This document shows, piece after piece, positions 9,676 to 18,541 of a DNA stretch of 32,000 bases. The position numbers and the translations under genes are program-made. This stretch comes from Methylophaga frappieri (GTDB lineage Bacteria; Pseudomonadota; Gammaproteobacteria; Nitrosococcales; Methylophagaceae), in NCBI RefSeq assembly GCF_000260965.1, contig NC_017856.1:1800001-1832000 (forward strand). Direction: 5' to 3'. The first letter of the stretch is position 1, and each line of letters opens with the position of its first letter. The notes under the pieces are model-generated. The model saw only the letters and a list, made by a program, of their open reading frames with translations, was not told the origin of the DNA and did not search any database.

Positions 9676-11231
9676 TTATGTGCTGTAGCGGCGGATTGAG
9701 AGGTTTTTAATAGCCTCAAGCCAAGCCAAGCCATCAAAACGGCACTTAGGAAAAGGCCCATACTAACGGCAGCCACCTGCACATAACCTGATTGCCAAAG
9801 CGCCACGATAACCGTGCTGAAATTGAACACATCCAGGCTCACGGTCAGCAACAATACTGCAGCTGTCAAAAGACAACTGTTCGCCAGATACCGTTTATAA
9901 TCGGGATTAACATAGGCAAGGAGGACCGCTAGCAGTAGCGTAATACCAAAACCAGACATCATCCAGTCAGCGCGCGCAAGTAAATCCACCGGCAACGCAC
10001 GTTCGAGAAAAAAAGCGACGGCAGTCGCAACCACCGCACCCATCGTCCCACCCAGCGTCAGACCACGCATCACTGCGTTTATTCGCGAGTAAGATGCCTG
10101 CTGACGCTTAGCCATCCAAAGTACATTGCCGGCCACAATCATGGCACAAACCCCAATCGCCAATAAAAAATACAGCAGTCGTAAATCAACGCCAGCAAAG
10201 TTCGCCATATGCAAACTGAATAACAAAGTCACCCCATCCATAAACAAGTTTGGCTGATCCGGGTTGAGAGCGTCAGGAAAGGTATCACTGGCGACTTGAT
10301 AGTAACGATCCACTGAACGTGAAAAGCTGCCGTTCTCCAGGCCCGAAAAACCGATCAATGCCCCCGCATCACCATAATTTTCTAGATGTACCGACCTGAC
10401 AGTCAGGTTATTTTCTGTTGCCACCTGTTGCAACAACGTATCCAAATCCGGCATCTCATGGATAACTTCAACTCGACTGGATGTTGGTCTGTCAAAGCCG
10501 GCATCTTGCATCATGGTCTGCATATCGCCTTGATATAACATCATGACCGTTGTGATCTGAAAAATAATACTCAGATTAAACATCACGCCTGTCAGGGCAT
10601 ACATCAAACCATAGGGCAGGCTGATCACACCGACTACAGTATGTAAGTCATTCATTTTGGGACGAATCGGTTTTTGGTGGCGATACAGAAAAAAATTCTT
10701 AACCAGATTTCGCAGCTGAATCAAGATGCCGGTAAAAACCAACACTAGGAAAAAGAATGTGACAATGCCGACCAGGTAAAGCCCTTGCGGCAATTTCAAT
10801 GAGAAATGCAAACGATTGAGGAAGTTGGCCAGTTGAAAAGGTTCGGACTGTGAGAGCGTTTCACCACTGACAGGATCGATCATCAGATGTCGGTGATGGT
10901 GATCTTCATCCCCCGTGTCATCACCTTCATGCGTCGGATGCACCGGCAACTCAAGGTTGAGATAGGGTGAGTGATCACTGGGCAAATAAATTGATATGGG
11001 GTGAGTGGGATCAACGTCATGTTCTGCTATTTTTTTCTCCAGCAGTGTCGATAAGTCAATGCGCTCATTTTGTTGTGTCAGTGGAAAGTGTGGCATTGCT
11101 GACCAGCGTTGCACTTCTGGATAAAACAGCGTAACGGCGCCTGCCCAGAAGACAATAAAAAGTGGCACCGAAATGAACAATCCAACCCAGCCATGCGCCT
11201 CAAGTGCATTCTTGACTGTACCTGTCTTCAT
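9672..11231 (-). CDS. PepSY-associated TM helix protein (PiuB/FoxB-like iron-regulated membrane protein family)
   Basis: ORF 9672..11294 trimmed to [19 protein letters not shown], whose ATG forms an ATGA overlap with the upstream gene stop. The N-terminal H-x-W-x-G-L TM helix is typical of PepSY_TM proteins, and the C-terminal half is polytopic. There is an acidic/His-rich loop, [18 protein letters not shown]. Confidence 0.75.
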   Translation of the reverse strand: MKTGTVKNALEAHGWVGLFISVPLFIVFWAGAVTLFYPEVQRWSAMPHFPLTQQNERIDLSTLLEKKIAEHDVDPTHPISIYLPSDHSPYLNLELPVHPTHEGDDTGDEDHHHRHLMIDPVSGETLSQSEPFQLANFLNRLHFSLKLPQGLYLVGIVTFFFLVLVFTGILIQLRNLVKNFFLYRHQKPIRPKMNDLHTVVGVISLPYGLMYALTGVMFNLSIIFQITTVMMLYQGDMQTMMQDAGFDRPTSSRVEVIHEMPDLDTLLQQVATENNLTVRSVHLENYGDAGALIGFSGLENGSFSRSVDRYYQVASDTFPDALNPDQPNLFMDGVTLLFSLHMANFAGVDLRLLYFLLAIGVCAMIVAGNVLWMAKRQQASYSRINAVMRGLTLGGTMGAVVATAVAFFLERALPVDLLARADWMMSGFGITLLLAVLLAYVNPDYKRYLANSCLLTAAVLLLTVSLDVFNFSTVIVALWQSGYVQVAAVSMGLFLSAVLMAWLGLRLLKTSQSAATAHN

Positions 11232-11500
11232 ACCAGTATTCCAGTGACGAACAAGGCATTCACTGCCGCCGAGACAACCAACAAAGGCAAGCAATATTTC
11301 AATGGTTGAGCAAGCCTGTCATGACAATAAAACACAGTCATAATGGCTGCCCACAACAAAATTCCGCCGACAAAACCAATGAGCAGATAAACCTGCCTGG
11401 ACAAAGGCAACAAATAAGCAATATTCACCATCAGGCTGAGGTTGAGAACCAGACTGACCACAAATCCAATCAGTGTTTTAGCCCACATCGCCATACCCAA
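11228..11500 (-). CDS. Small integral membrane protein, DUF3649-like
   Basis: About 86-90 aa with 3 predicted TM helices. Stop/start ATGA overlap with the PepSY gene. Size, hydrophobic pattern and position next to a PepSY_TM gene match my recollection of DUF3649. The start is ambiguous (11500, 11494 or 11488). Confidence 0.5.
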   Translation of the reverse strand: MGMAMWAKTLIGFVVSLVLNLSLMVNIAYLLPLSRQVYLLIGFVGGILLWAAIMTVFYCHDRLAQPLKYCLPLLVVSAAVNALFVTGILV

Positions 11501-11804
11501 TTAATGACACAATCAACACCAACAAAGAAATCGCTGGTAACACACGCCATGCATGGACAAAATAAGGTGTCACGATTGCAAGCAAAATCCAGCCCAGCAT
11601 CACCACCAATAAAACCAGCACAACGGCGGTAAGCCAATGATAACTCTGCATTAGCAGTATCGTTGCCAAGACACTACCAACGAGAAATAACGGCCACGCC
11701 ACTGACTTTGCCAAAGGCAAATCCCGTATTTTTTGCTGTCTCGCGGCACAATACACCGGCACACAGGCAAACCAGGCCAATTGCAGTGCCAAAATATCAA
11801 TCAT
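11478..11804 (-). CDS. Small integral membrane protein, DUF3325-like
   Basis: 108 aa with 3-4 TM helices. It is the first gene of the three-gene minus-strand operon. Size and context match DUF3325 as I remember it from PepSY/TonB-receptor clusters. Confidence 0.5.
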   Translation of the reverse strand: MIDILALQLAWFACVPVYCAARQQKIRDLPLAKSVAWPLFLVGSVLATILLMQSYHWLTAVVLVLLVVMLGWILLAIVTPYFVHAWRVLPAISLLVLIVSLIGYGDVG

Positions 11805-11900
11805 AAGACGCTAGCTAAAAGGCTTAACAGATCACGCGGAAGTTGCGTGAGTGTGTTCCGTGAAATTGACAACGTCATCAGCATGTCGCTTCAGCGATGC

Positions 11901-12734
11901 TCATACCGCAATCGGCGCTTTGATATGCGGTTGCGCCTCATAATTGACGATTTCAAAATCCTCAAATCGATAGTCAAAGATAGACGCTGGCCGACGTCGA
12001 ATGCGTAACTGTGGTAGAGGGCCAGGCTCACGCTGTAACTGGGTTTGCACCTGCTCAAAATGATTGCGATAAATATGTGCATCACCAATGCTGATCACAA
12101 TATCACCGACATCATAATCACATTGTTGGGCCAACATATGTGTCAGAAAAGCCAGCGAGGCCGTATTGTAAGGATTGCCCAAAAACAGGTCATTACTGCG
12201 AATATACAACGAGGCACTTAAGGTTTTGTCTGCCACATAAAACTGGTACAACAAATGGCAAGGCGGTAAAGCCATACGCCCCGCTGCGGCATTTTCCCAA
12301 GGTTTGTCACTTTCAATTGGTAACTCGGCTACATTCCAGCCATTAATAATGTGGCGACGGCTGTCTGGATTATTTTTAAGCCCTTCAACCAGGTCTGTCA
12401 CCTGATCATAAACCTGGCCATCTGCGCCTTGCCAACGTCGCCATTGTGCCCCATAAACCGGGCCAAGCTCACCATCAGGCGTTGCCCATTCATCCCAAAT
12501 AGACACGCCGTTTTCCTGTAAATAGCGAATATTCGTCTCACCACTTAAAAACCAGAGCAGCTCATGCAAAATACTGCGGATATGCAGTTTTTTTGTGGTT
12601 AACAACGGAAACCCGGCACGCAAGTCATATCGAAGCTGCCGTCCAAACACACTGCGTGTGCCCGTACCAGTGCGATCACTTTTGTCGACGCCGTTTTCCA
12701 TAACGTCGCGCAATAATGCCAAATAAGGTTGCAT
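11901..12734 (-). CDS. thyA: Thymidylate synthase (ThyA type)
   Basis: 277 aa. [16 protein letters not shown]-terminus, catalytic-Cys motif [13 protein letters not shown], and a C-terminal ...KAPIAV. Confidence 0.97.
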   Translation of the reverse strand: MQPYLALLRDVMENGVDKSDRTGTGTRSVFGRQLRYDLRAGFPLLTTKKLHIRSILHELLWFLSGETNIRYLQENGVSIWDEWATPDGELGPVYGAQWRRWQGADGQVYDQVTDLVEGLKNNPDSRRHIINGWNVAELPIESDKPWENAAAGRMALPPCHLLYQFYVADKTLSASLYIRSNDLFLGNPYNTASLAFLTHMLAQQCDYDVGDIVISIGDAHIYRNHFEQVQTQLQREPGPLPQLRIRRRPASIFDYRFEDFEIVNYEAQPHIKAPIAV

Positions 12735-12802
12735 GATTTTTACTCACAAAAACATAGATGAATAGTGTAACCAGAAATAGCCCTAAAAACACCCGAGTCT
12801 GG

Positions 12803-13735
12803 CTATTCGGTCAAACCATACTTTTGCATTCGATACAGCAAGGTATCGCGACTAATGCCCAGCAATCTTGCCGCTTTAGACCGATTCCCTGCTGCTTTGG
12901 CTAAAGCCTGCTCAATCATATCGAGCTCGAGTGCGGCGAGGTCAATGCCCGAATCAGGCAAGGTAAACGTTGGGGTTTCAGGTGAGATGTCTTGCATTTC
13001 AGAGGGCAAATCCACCAGCTTTATAACACTCCCTGGCTGGATCAAACTCAGCCGTTGGCAAAGATTGGCTAATTCCCGAACATTTCCGGGAAAAGCGTAG
13101 TGCTGCAGTTGCTGTAATACGCTTTTCTCAAAACGAACGGGGCTATTATTGCCGGCAAATTGCCGACAAAAAGCTTGAACAAGCAATGAAATATCGTCAC
13201 GCCGTTCACGAAGCGGCAGCAGCTCGATAGGCACAACCTGCAATCGATAATATAAATCAGCCCTGAATTGCCCATTCTTAACAAGATCGGGCAGGTCCGC
13301 ACTGGTTGCAGCAATCACTCGCGCATTAATGATGTGTAATTTATGACTGCCAGGCAGTTGGCACTCCCCCGCTTCAAGAAAGCGTAATACTTTGGCTTGC
13401 AACGCCAATGGCAGTGCATCAACCTCATCAAGAAAGACCGTACCATTATCTGCGGCCAACAAACGCCCTGTTTCCAAAATTTGGCCCGAAGTATTTGCTC
13501 GACCAAATAAATCAACTTCAACGTCTTGGGTTGGTAACGCAGCACAGTTCAAGACAACCATGGTTGTTTCACGTCGACGACTGAGCTGATGCAGCGTCCG
13601 TGCGACCAGCTCTTTGCCCGTCCCCGTCTCGCCACTGATTAACACACTGGCATCGCTTGTCGCGATCATTGGCAACAAACGTTGAATATGCATCATCTCC
13701 GGGGTATGACCAATTAATGCGGGCAGTGATGTCAT
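12803..13735 (-). CDS. AAA+ enhancer-binding-protein-type transcriptional regulator (sigma54-interaction domain plus Fis-type HTH), with no sensor domain and no GAFTGA loop
   Basis: 310 aa. Walker A GETGTGKE, Walker B VFLDEVD, R-finger region RADLYYRL, sensor II PGNVRELAN, C-terminal HTH AARLLGISRDTLLYRMQKYGL. Where ESELFGHEKGAFTGA is expected it reads EVDLFGRANTSGQ and is about 3 residues shorter. Confidence 0.85.
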   Translation of the reverse strand: MTSLPALIGHTPEMMHIQRLLPMIATSDASVLISGETGTGKELVARTLHQLSRRRETTMVVLNCAALPTQDVEVDLFGRANTSGQILETGRLLAADNGTVFLDEVDALPLALQAKVLRFLEAGECQLPGSHKLHIINARVIAATSADLPDLVKNGQFRADLYYRLQVVPIELLPLRERRDDISLLVQAFCRQFAGNNSPVRFEKSVLQQLQHYAFPGNVRELANLCQRLSLIQPGSVIKLVDLPSEMQDISPETPTFTLPDSGIDLAALELDMIEQALAKAAGNRSKAARLLGISRDTLLYRMQKYGLTE

Positions 13736-14469
13736 GACTGCGCCCCACTATCATGCTCATGCTGCTGATGCGAGTGATTATCATGGCCATCGTGCATGAT
13801 GAGAGGTGAGATCAGCATGATAATCGCCATCATCATAATCAGTATTCCAGCTAAACGTCGAAACCACCTCGTCCTGGCTGTTTTACTTAAAAATCCAACC
13901 AAAAATCCTGTCCCCATAACGGCAGGCAGCGTCCCTAAACCAAATGCCAGCATTGAGGCACTCGCCGTAAGCGGATCACCAGTTGCAGCAGCGGTTATTA
14001 GCGCAGCGTAGACTAAACCACATGGTAGCCAGCCCCAAACTGCTCCAAAGCAAAAGGCCTGCAATTTCGAGGTTACCGGTAATAACTTCTGGCTAAGTGG
14101 CTGTAGCCATCGCCATACTGGTGTACCAATTTTTTCGATACGGGCAAACTGAGGCCACCAACCAGCGAGATACAACCCCATACCCACCATAATCAAAATA
14201 GATGCGCCCCTTAGCCATTGCAGCCCGCCCAAATCAACCAGTGGTGACGTAATTGCACCAACAATTCCCCCTGCAAGGCTATAGCTAATAATACGACCAA
14301 GGTTGTAGTTAAATACAAATGGCAACATTCGCACAGGGTTATTGCGTACCGTGGCTGGCAGACTTAGAGTCAGCGCACCAATTACAGAACCACACATGGC
14401 AACACAATGCGCTGAGCTAAATAAGCCCAGTAAAAATGCGCTGACAAGCGAACTGGTAACGATATCCAT
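13732..14469 (-). CDS. CcdA/DsbD_2-type (annotated in databases as TauE/SafE-like) six-TM membrane protein with a His-rich C-terminal tail; putative metal permease
   Basis: 245 aa. TM1 motif SAHCVAMCG, TM4 motif WGWLPCG (a pseudo-twofold Cys pair as in the CcdA/DsbD scaffold), tail MHDGHDNHSHQQHEHDSGAQS. Its TGA overlaps the ATG of the regulator gene (ATGA at 13732-13735). Confidence 0.7.
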   Translation of the reverse strand: MDIVTSSLVSAFLLGLFSSAHCVAMCGSVIGALTLSLPATVRNNPVRMLPFVFNYNLGRIISYSLAGGIVGAITSPLVDLGGLQWLRGASILIMVGMGLYLAGWWPQFARIEKIGTPVWRWLQPLSQKLLPVTSKLQAFCFGAVWGWLPCGLVYAALITAAATGDPLTASASMLAFGLGTLPAVMGTGFLVGFLSKTARTRWFRRLAGILIMMMAIIMLISPLIMHDGHDNHSHQQHEHDSGAQS

Positions 14470-14621
14470 CTATCAATCCTGAGCAACTCTCTAAGCCGCG
14501 GTAATCTATCGCAATATAAAGCAACAAATTTGCGGGATTTCACACACTGCCAAGCAAATAACCGATAACTCAGTCACTTTTTTCGACTAATTTGTCTCTT
14601 TTTTTAATTATTTTAAGAATC

Positions 14622-16853
14622 ATGATGAAAGGCAAACTCAGACACGTCCTTACTTTTTCTGGTCTGGTTATCGCAGGTCAGAGTCACGCCCAACACGAAC
14701 ACCATCATACCGATGCTTTAAGCAAAATGCTGGTTACCGCGCCCCTGAGTACCCCTGTTGTTGATAGCCGTCTTGATAAAGATGCGATAAAGGCACATCA
14801 GGCACGAACCAGTGATACGGCCAGTTTACTAAATGCGGTTGCCGGCATGTCGGTCTACCAAGGTGGTGGCGCAGCCAGCCTTCCCTTCTTACGTGGCTTT
14901 GCCGACGACAGGTTACGTATCAAGGTAGATGGTATGGATCTGATCTCCGCTTGCGCAAATCATATGAATCCCCCGTTATCCTATATCAGCCCAACCCGTG
15001 TATCGGAAATTCGGGTCTACTCTGGTATCGCCCCGGTTAGCTTGGGTGGCGATAGCATTGGCGGCACTATCATTGCAAATTCAGCTGACCCCGAGTTTGC
15101 TGATAATGCAGAAGAAATTCTGCAAAAAGGAGAATTAAGTACTTACTACCGCAGTAATGGTGATGCCCGAGGCGGCAGTGTTTCTGCAACACTGGCATCT
15201 GAGCGATTCAGCTTCCGCTACGATGGCGCCATTGCCAAGGCCAATAATTATGATGCAGGGGCCGGCTTCAAACCCGCTGGCAATACTGCCGTTGATCGAG
15301 GCGCACTGGATGCCGATGAAGTTGGCTCGACCGCCTATGAAACACGCAATCATGCGCTTAATCTGGGTTTCAAACTGACGAATACTCAACTTTTACAACT
15401 CAAATTTGCTCACCAAGATATTCCTTATCAGGGTTGGCCTAATCAGCGGATGGATATGGTGGAAAATCGCAGCAACCAACTTAACCTGATTTACAGTGGG
15501 GCGTTTGACTGGGGGCTGTTGGAGGCTAATTTATTCCACGAAAAAACCCATCATAAAATGCAGTTTGGTGAGGATAAACAGTTTATGTACGGCGTTGCAG
15601 CCGGTATGCCGATGGAGACGGAAGGAAGCAACACTGGCCTGTCTGTCAAAACTGAAATCCCGTTAAATCAACGCGATCTCATCCGTGTCGGTGGAGATAT
15701 TCAACGTTATCGGCTGGATGACTTCTGGGAAGCATCAGGAGGCATGATGATGGCACCCAACACGTTTTGGAATATCAATAACGGCGAGCGTGATCGATAC
15801 GGTATTTATACTGAATGGGAAGCTCAGTGGAATAAAAAATGGCTAACGCTGGCCGGCATTCGCCATGAAACAGTAAACATGGATGCTGACACAGTTCAGG
15901 GTTACAACGAAATGATGTACGGTGCTGATGCCGCTGTCTTTAATGCATCTGATCGCAATCAGACCGACAGCAATTTTGATTTCACCTTACTCGCACGCTT
16001 TACTCCTGATAAAACGGCATCCTATGAATTTGGTTATGCTCGTAAGACACGTTCACCAAACCTTTATGAACGGTTTGCCTGGTCACAACATGGCATGGCA
16101 ATGCGGATGGTTAACTTAGTGGGTGACGGTAATGGCTATGTTGGTAACACCGAACTGGACCCAGAGATTGCACATACCTTCAGTTTGACCGCCAACTGGC
16201 ATGATGCGGCGCAAGAAAGCTGGCAAATTACCTTTACCCCCTACATTAGCTACGTCGACGACTTTATCGATGCAGGTCGCTGTGCTGGGGCAATGGGCAT
16301 GATGATGGGCGCAGTCTGTACCGCCGACAATCTGACGCGTCAGAATGATTTTGTCTATCTGCAATATACCAATGTTAATGCGCGGCTTTATGGTGCGGAT
16401 CTGGCTGGTTATAAACACCTGGGCCACCATCAAGATTGGGGACGCTTTGATGTCCGCGCCACGCTAAGCTTTGTCCGCGGTGAAAACCGAGAAACGAATG
16501 ATGATCTTTACAACATGATGCCGCTGAATGCACGCGTTGTGCTGGCTCATGAGAAAAACAATTGGCAAAACAGCATTGAGTGGCAACTCGTTGACAGTAA
16601 AGATCGCGTTAATAAAGAACGCAATGAAATCAAAACGTCAGGTTATGGCTTACTACATCTGCGAACAAGTTACCGTTACAAACAGGCACAATTTGAGTTA
16701 GGCGTTGAGAATTTATTCGATAAGGATTATAGCCATCCACTCAGCGGCGCTTATCTTGGCCAAGGCGCAACAATGGGGACAAGCATTCCTTGGGGCGTGA
16801 CAGTGCCCGGCATGGGGCGCTCCGTGTATGCCGGCGTCACGTTTAGCTTTTGA
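14622..16853 (+). CDS. TonB-dependent outer-membrane receptor, OprC/NosA (copper) family-like
   Basis: The track ORF starts at a TTG (14592); I trimmed it to ATGATG at 14622. Signal peptide ...AGQSHA/QHEHHH, a plug domain, a C-terminal ...YAGVTFSF beta-barrel terminus, and CANHM (CxxxM) and HKM (HxM) motifs. Met-rich segments are GGMMMAP and CAGAMGMMMGAVC. Confidence 0.85.
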   Translation: MMKGKLRHVLTFSGLVIAGQSHAQHEHHHTDALSKMLVTAPLSTPVVDSRLDKDAIKAHQARTSDTASLLNAVAGMSVYQGGGAASLPFLRGFADDRLRIKVDGMDLISACANHMNPPLSYISPTRVSEIRVYSGIAPVSLGGDSIGGTIIANSADPEFADNAEEILQKGELSTYYRSNGDARGGSVSATLASERFSFRYDGAIAKANNYDAGAGFKPAGNTAVDRGALDADEVGSTAYETRNHALNLGFKLTNTQLLQLKFAHQDIPYQGWPNQRMDMVENRSNQLNLIYSGAFDWGLLEANLFHEKTHHKMQFGEDKQFMYGVAAGMPMETEGSNTGLSVKTEIPLNQRDLIRVGGDIQRYRLDDFWEASGGMMMAPNTFWNINNGERDRYGIYTEWEAQWNKKWLTLAGIRHETVNMDADTVQGYNEMMYGADAAVFNASDRNQTDSNFDFTLLARFTPDKTASYEFGYARKTRSPNLYERFAWSQHGMAMRMVNLVGDGNGYVGNTELDPEIAHTFSLTANWHDAAQESWQITFTPYISYVDDFIDAGRCAGAMGMMMGAVCTADNLTRQNDFVYLQYTNVNARLYGADLAGYKHLGHHQDWGRFDVRATLSFVRGENRETNDDLYNMMPLNARVVLAHEKNNWQNSIEWQLVDSKDRVNKERNEIKTSGYGLLHLRTSYRYKQAQFELGVENLFDKDYSHPLSGAYLGQGATMGTSIPWGVTVPGMGRSVYAGVTFSF

Positions 16854-16905
16854 TGGCTTAACTTTATCATTGCCACCAGCCTTTAAGGGCGGATACAAAA
16901 CTTGG

Positions 16906-18426
16906 TTAGGTGTCTATTTTCAAACGAATATCTGCCGACTTGAGGTAGTGTTTTTCCTGCTTCAAGTCGGCCTCTGTCAGAGGATGATCACTCAGCCAGT
17001 CCGGTGGCAGCGTTAATTTTAACCCTTTTTCAGTTACCATCAGCTTGACGTAGGTATCCGTTTGTTCACTGCGGCCACGATTGAAAACCAGAGACAGTCG
17101 CAACAGCACCATTAATCGTAGCGTTGGCAACTGTAACTCTTCGGAAAGCTGATTAATTTGTTTCGACGGTATCGAGCGACGTTGCCCTCGCATCATCGCA
17201 GACAAAGCATATTGTTCTTCACGCGAAAAACCCGGCATATCAGAATGTGCCACTAGATAAGCAGCATGCTTGTGATACTGATAATGTGAAATAGCAAGCC
17301 CAACCTCATGGAGCTGTGCCGCCCATTGTAACTTGCACAGATGCTCATCCTGATTGAGCTGCCAGTCTGCCGCCACTTGCTGAAACAGCTGCCCCGCCAT
17401 CTCGCTGACGCGCCTCGCATGCGCTTCATCGACCTGATAACGTCGTATCAGAGCCTGTACCGTACGATCGCGCTCATCATCATGCTGTATCCGGCCTTGC
17501 AAGTCATAGAGCAAGCCCTCACGCAATGCCCCATCAGACACCACCATGCGATCAATTTTCAATCGATCAAAAGCCGCTTTCAGAATAGCAACACCAGCCG
17601 GTAATACCGATTTTCGTTCATCACTCAGGCCTTGCAGATCAATTTTTTCCTGATGTCCGGCGGTCAGTAAAGCTTCGATAAGCTTTTCTAATGAAGTGGT
17701 TGTTATCACACCATTTTCCGTCCAGCCTTGCGCGGTGACAATATCGGCAACACAGCGAATGGTTCCCGAGGCACCGACGGCCTCCACCCAGCCCATTCTC
17801 TGATAAGGACGTTGAATCGAACGCAACCGAATGGCGGCTGCCAAAATGGCAGAATGCATCTGAATCGCAGAGATGTGTCCATCTGAAAAAAATTGCTGGG
17901 TGAAACTGACACAGCCCATTTCCAGGCTTTCACGCATCTGACCTGACACACCTTCACCGATAATAAACTCGGTGCTGCCACCCCCAATATCCATGACCAG
18001 TCGGCGTTGATTATCAAAGGCCAGCGATCGTGCCACCCCCAGATAAATCAGGCGTGCTTCTTCTTCCCCGGTAACAATTTCGATTGGATGACCAAGCGCT
18101 TGTCGCGCCAGCCGGAGAAAGTCACGGCTATTTTCCGCGTTACGCAAAGTGTTGGTGCCGACGATGCGAACTTTACTATGTGGCAATTCGCGAATGCGCT
18201 GACCAAATCGTTCCAGACAAGCAACCGCACGTTTCTGCGCCGCATCAGACAACATATTATGTTTGTCCAGACCCGCGCGTAACTGCACCATCTCACGCAG
18301 TCGATCCATGATTTGGAATTGCCCGTCACGTAACCGGGCAATAATCATATGAAAACTGTTGGATCCGAGATCAACGGCCGCGAGCACTTCTTCGGTTTCT
18401 AGATCGGATTGCATGTAGTCACTCAA
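16906..18426 (-). CDS. ppx: Exopolyphosphatase (Ppx/GppA family)
   Basis: 506 aa. N-terminal ASKHA-fold motif AAVDLGSNSFHMII, DIGGGSTEF, and a C-terminal HD-like domain (HEVGLAISH). Confidence 0.92.
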   Translation of the reverse strand: MSDYMQSDLETEEVLAAVDLGSNSFHMIIARLRDGQFQIMDRLREMVQLRAGLDKHNMLSDAAQKRAVACLERFGQRIRELPHSKVRIVGTNTLRNAENSRDFLRLARQALGHPIEIVTGEEEARLIYLGVARSLAFDNQRRLVMDIGGGSTEFIIGEGVSGQMRESLEMGCVSFTQQFFSDGHISAIQMHSAILAAAIRLRSIQRPYQRMGWVEAVGASGTIRCVADIVTAQGWTENGVITTTSLEKLIEALLTAGHQEKIDLQGLSDERKSVLPAGVAILKAAFDRLKIDRMVVSDGALREGLLYDLQGRIQHDDERDRTVQALIRRYQVDEAHARRVSEMAGQLFQQVAADWQLNQDEHLCKLQWAAQLHEVGLAISHYQYHKHAAYLVAHSDMPGFSREEQYALSAMMRGQRRSIPSKQINQLSEELQLPTLRLMVLLRLSLVFNRGRSEQTDTYVKLMVTEKGLKLTLPPDWLSDHPLTEADLKQEKHYLKSADIRLKIDT

Positions 18427-18541
18427 TTAGACAGATAAGTGCATTCTGCCTGAGCAGGCCTATGACTGTCATGTCCACAAACTGCTTCGTTCTAAAACCA
18501 GATGCACCGGGCAACACTCTCTCGTTACGCAATGCCTGAAT

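Noticed and set aside
11862-11880. Possible Fur box (GAAATTGACAACGTCATCA) upstream of the DUF3325-like/PepSY operon.
   Set aside because: Only about 9 of 19 positions match GATAATGATAATCATTATC, and there is no dyad symmetry. That is too weak to call.
11805-12802. thyA as a possible inserted island between the two metal-related gene sets.
   Set aside because: There are no flanking direct repeats, tRNA, integrase or obvious compositional break. thyA looks like a normal resident gene.
14536-14555. TTGGCAG on the minus strand in the divergent intergenic region, considered as a sigma54 -24 element for the DsbD_2/regulator operon.
   Set aside because: No GC/TTGC element sits at the required 10-nt downstream spacing (it reads TGGCAGTGTGTGAAA), so it is not a -24/-12 promoter.
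18466-18472. Lone CTGTCAT heptamer between phoU and ppx, considered as a Pho box for ppx.
   Set aside because: There is only one half-site, it is on the wrong strand for ppx, and no partner lies 11 bp away.
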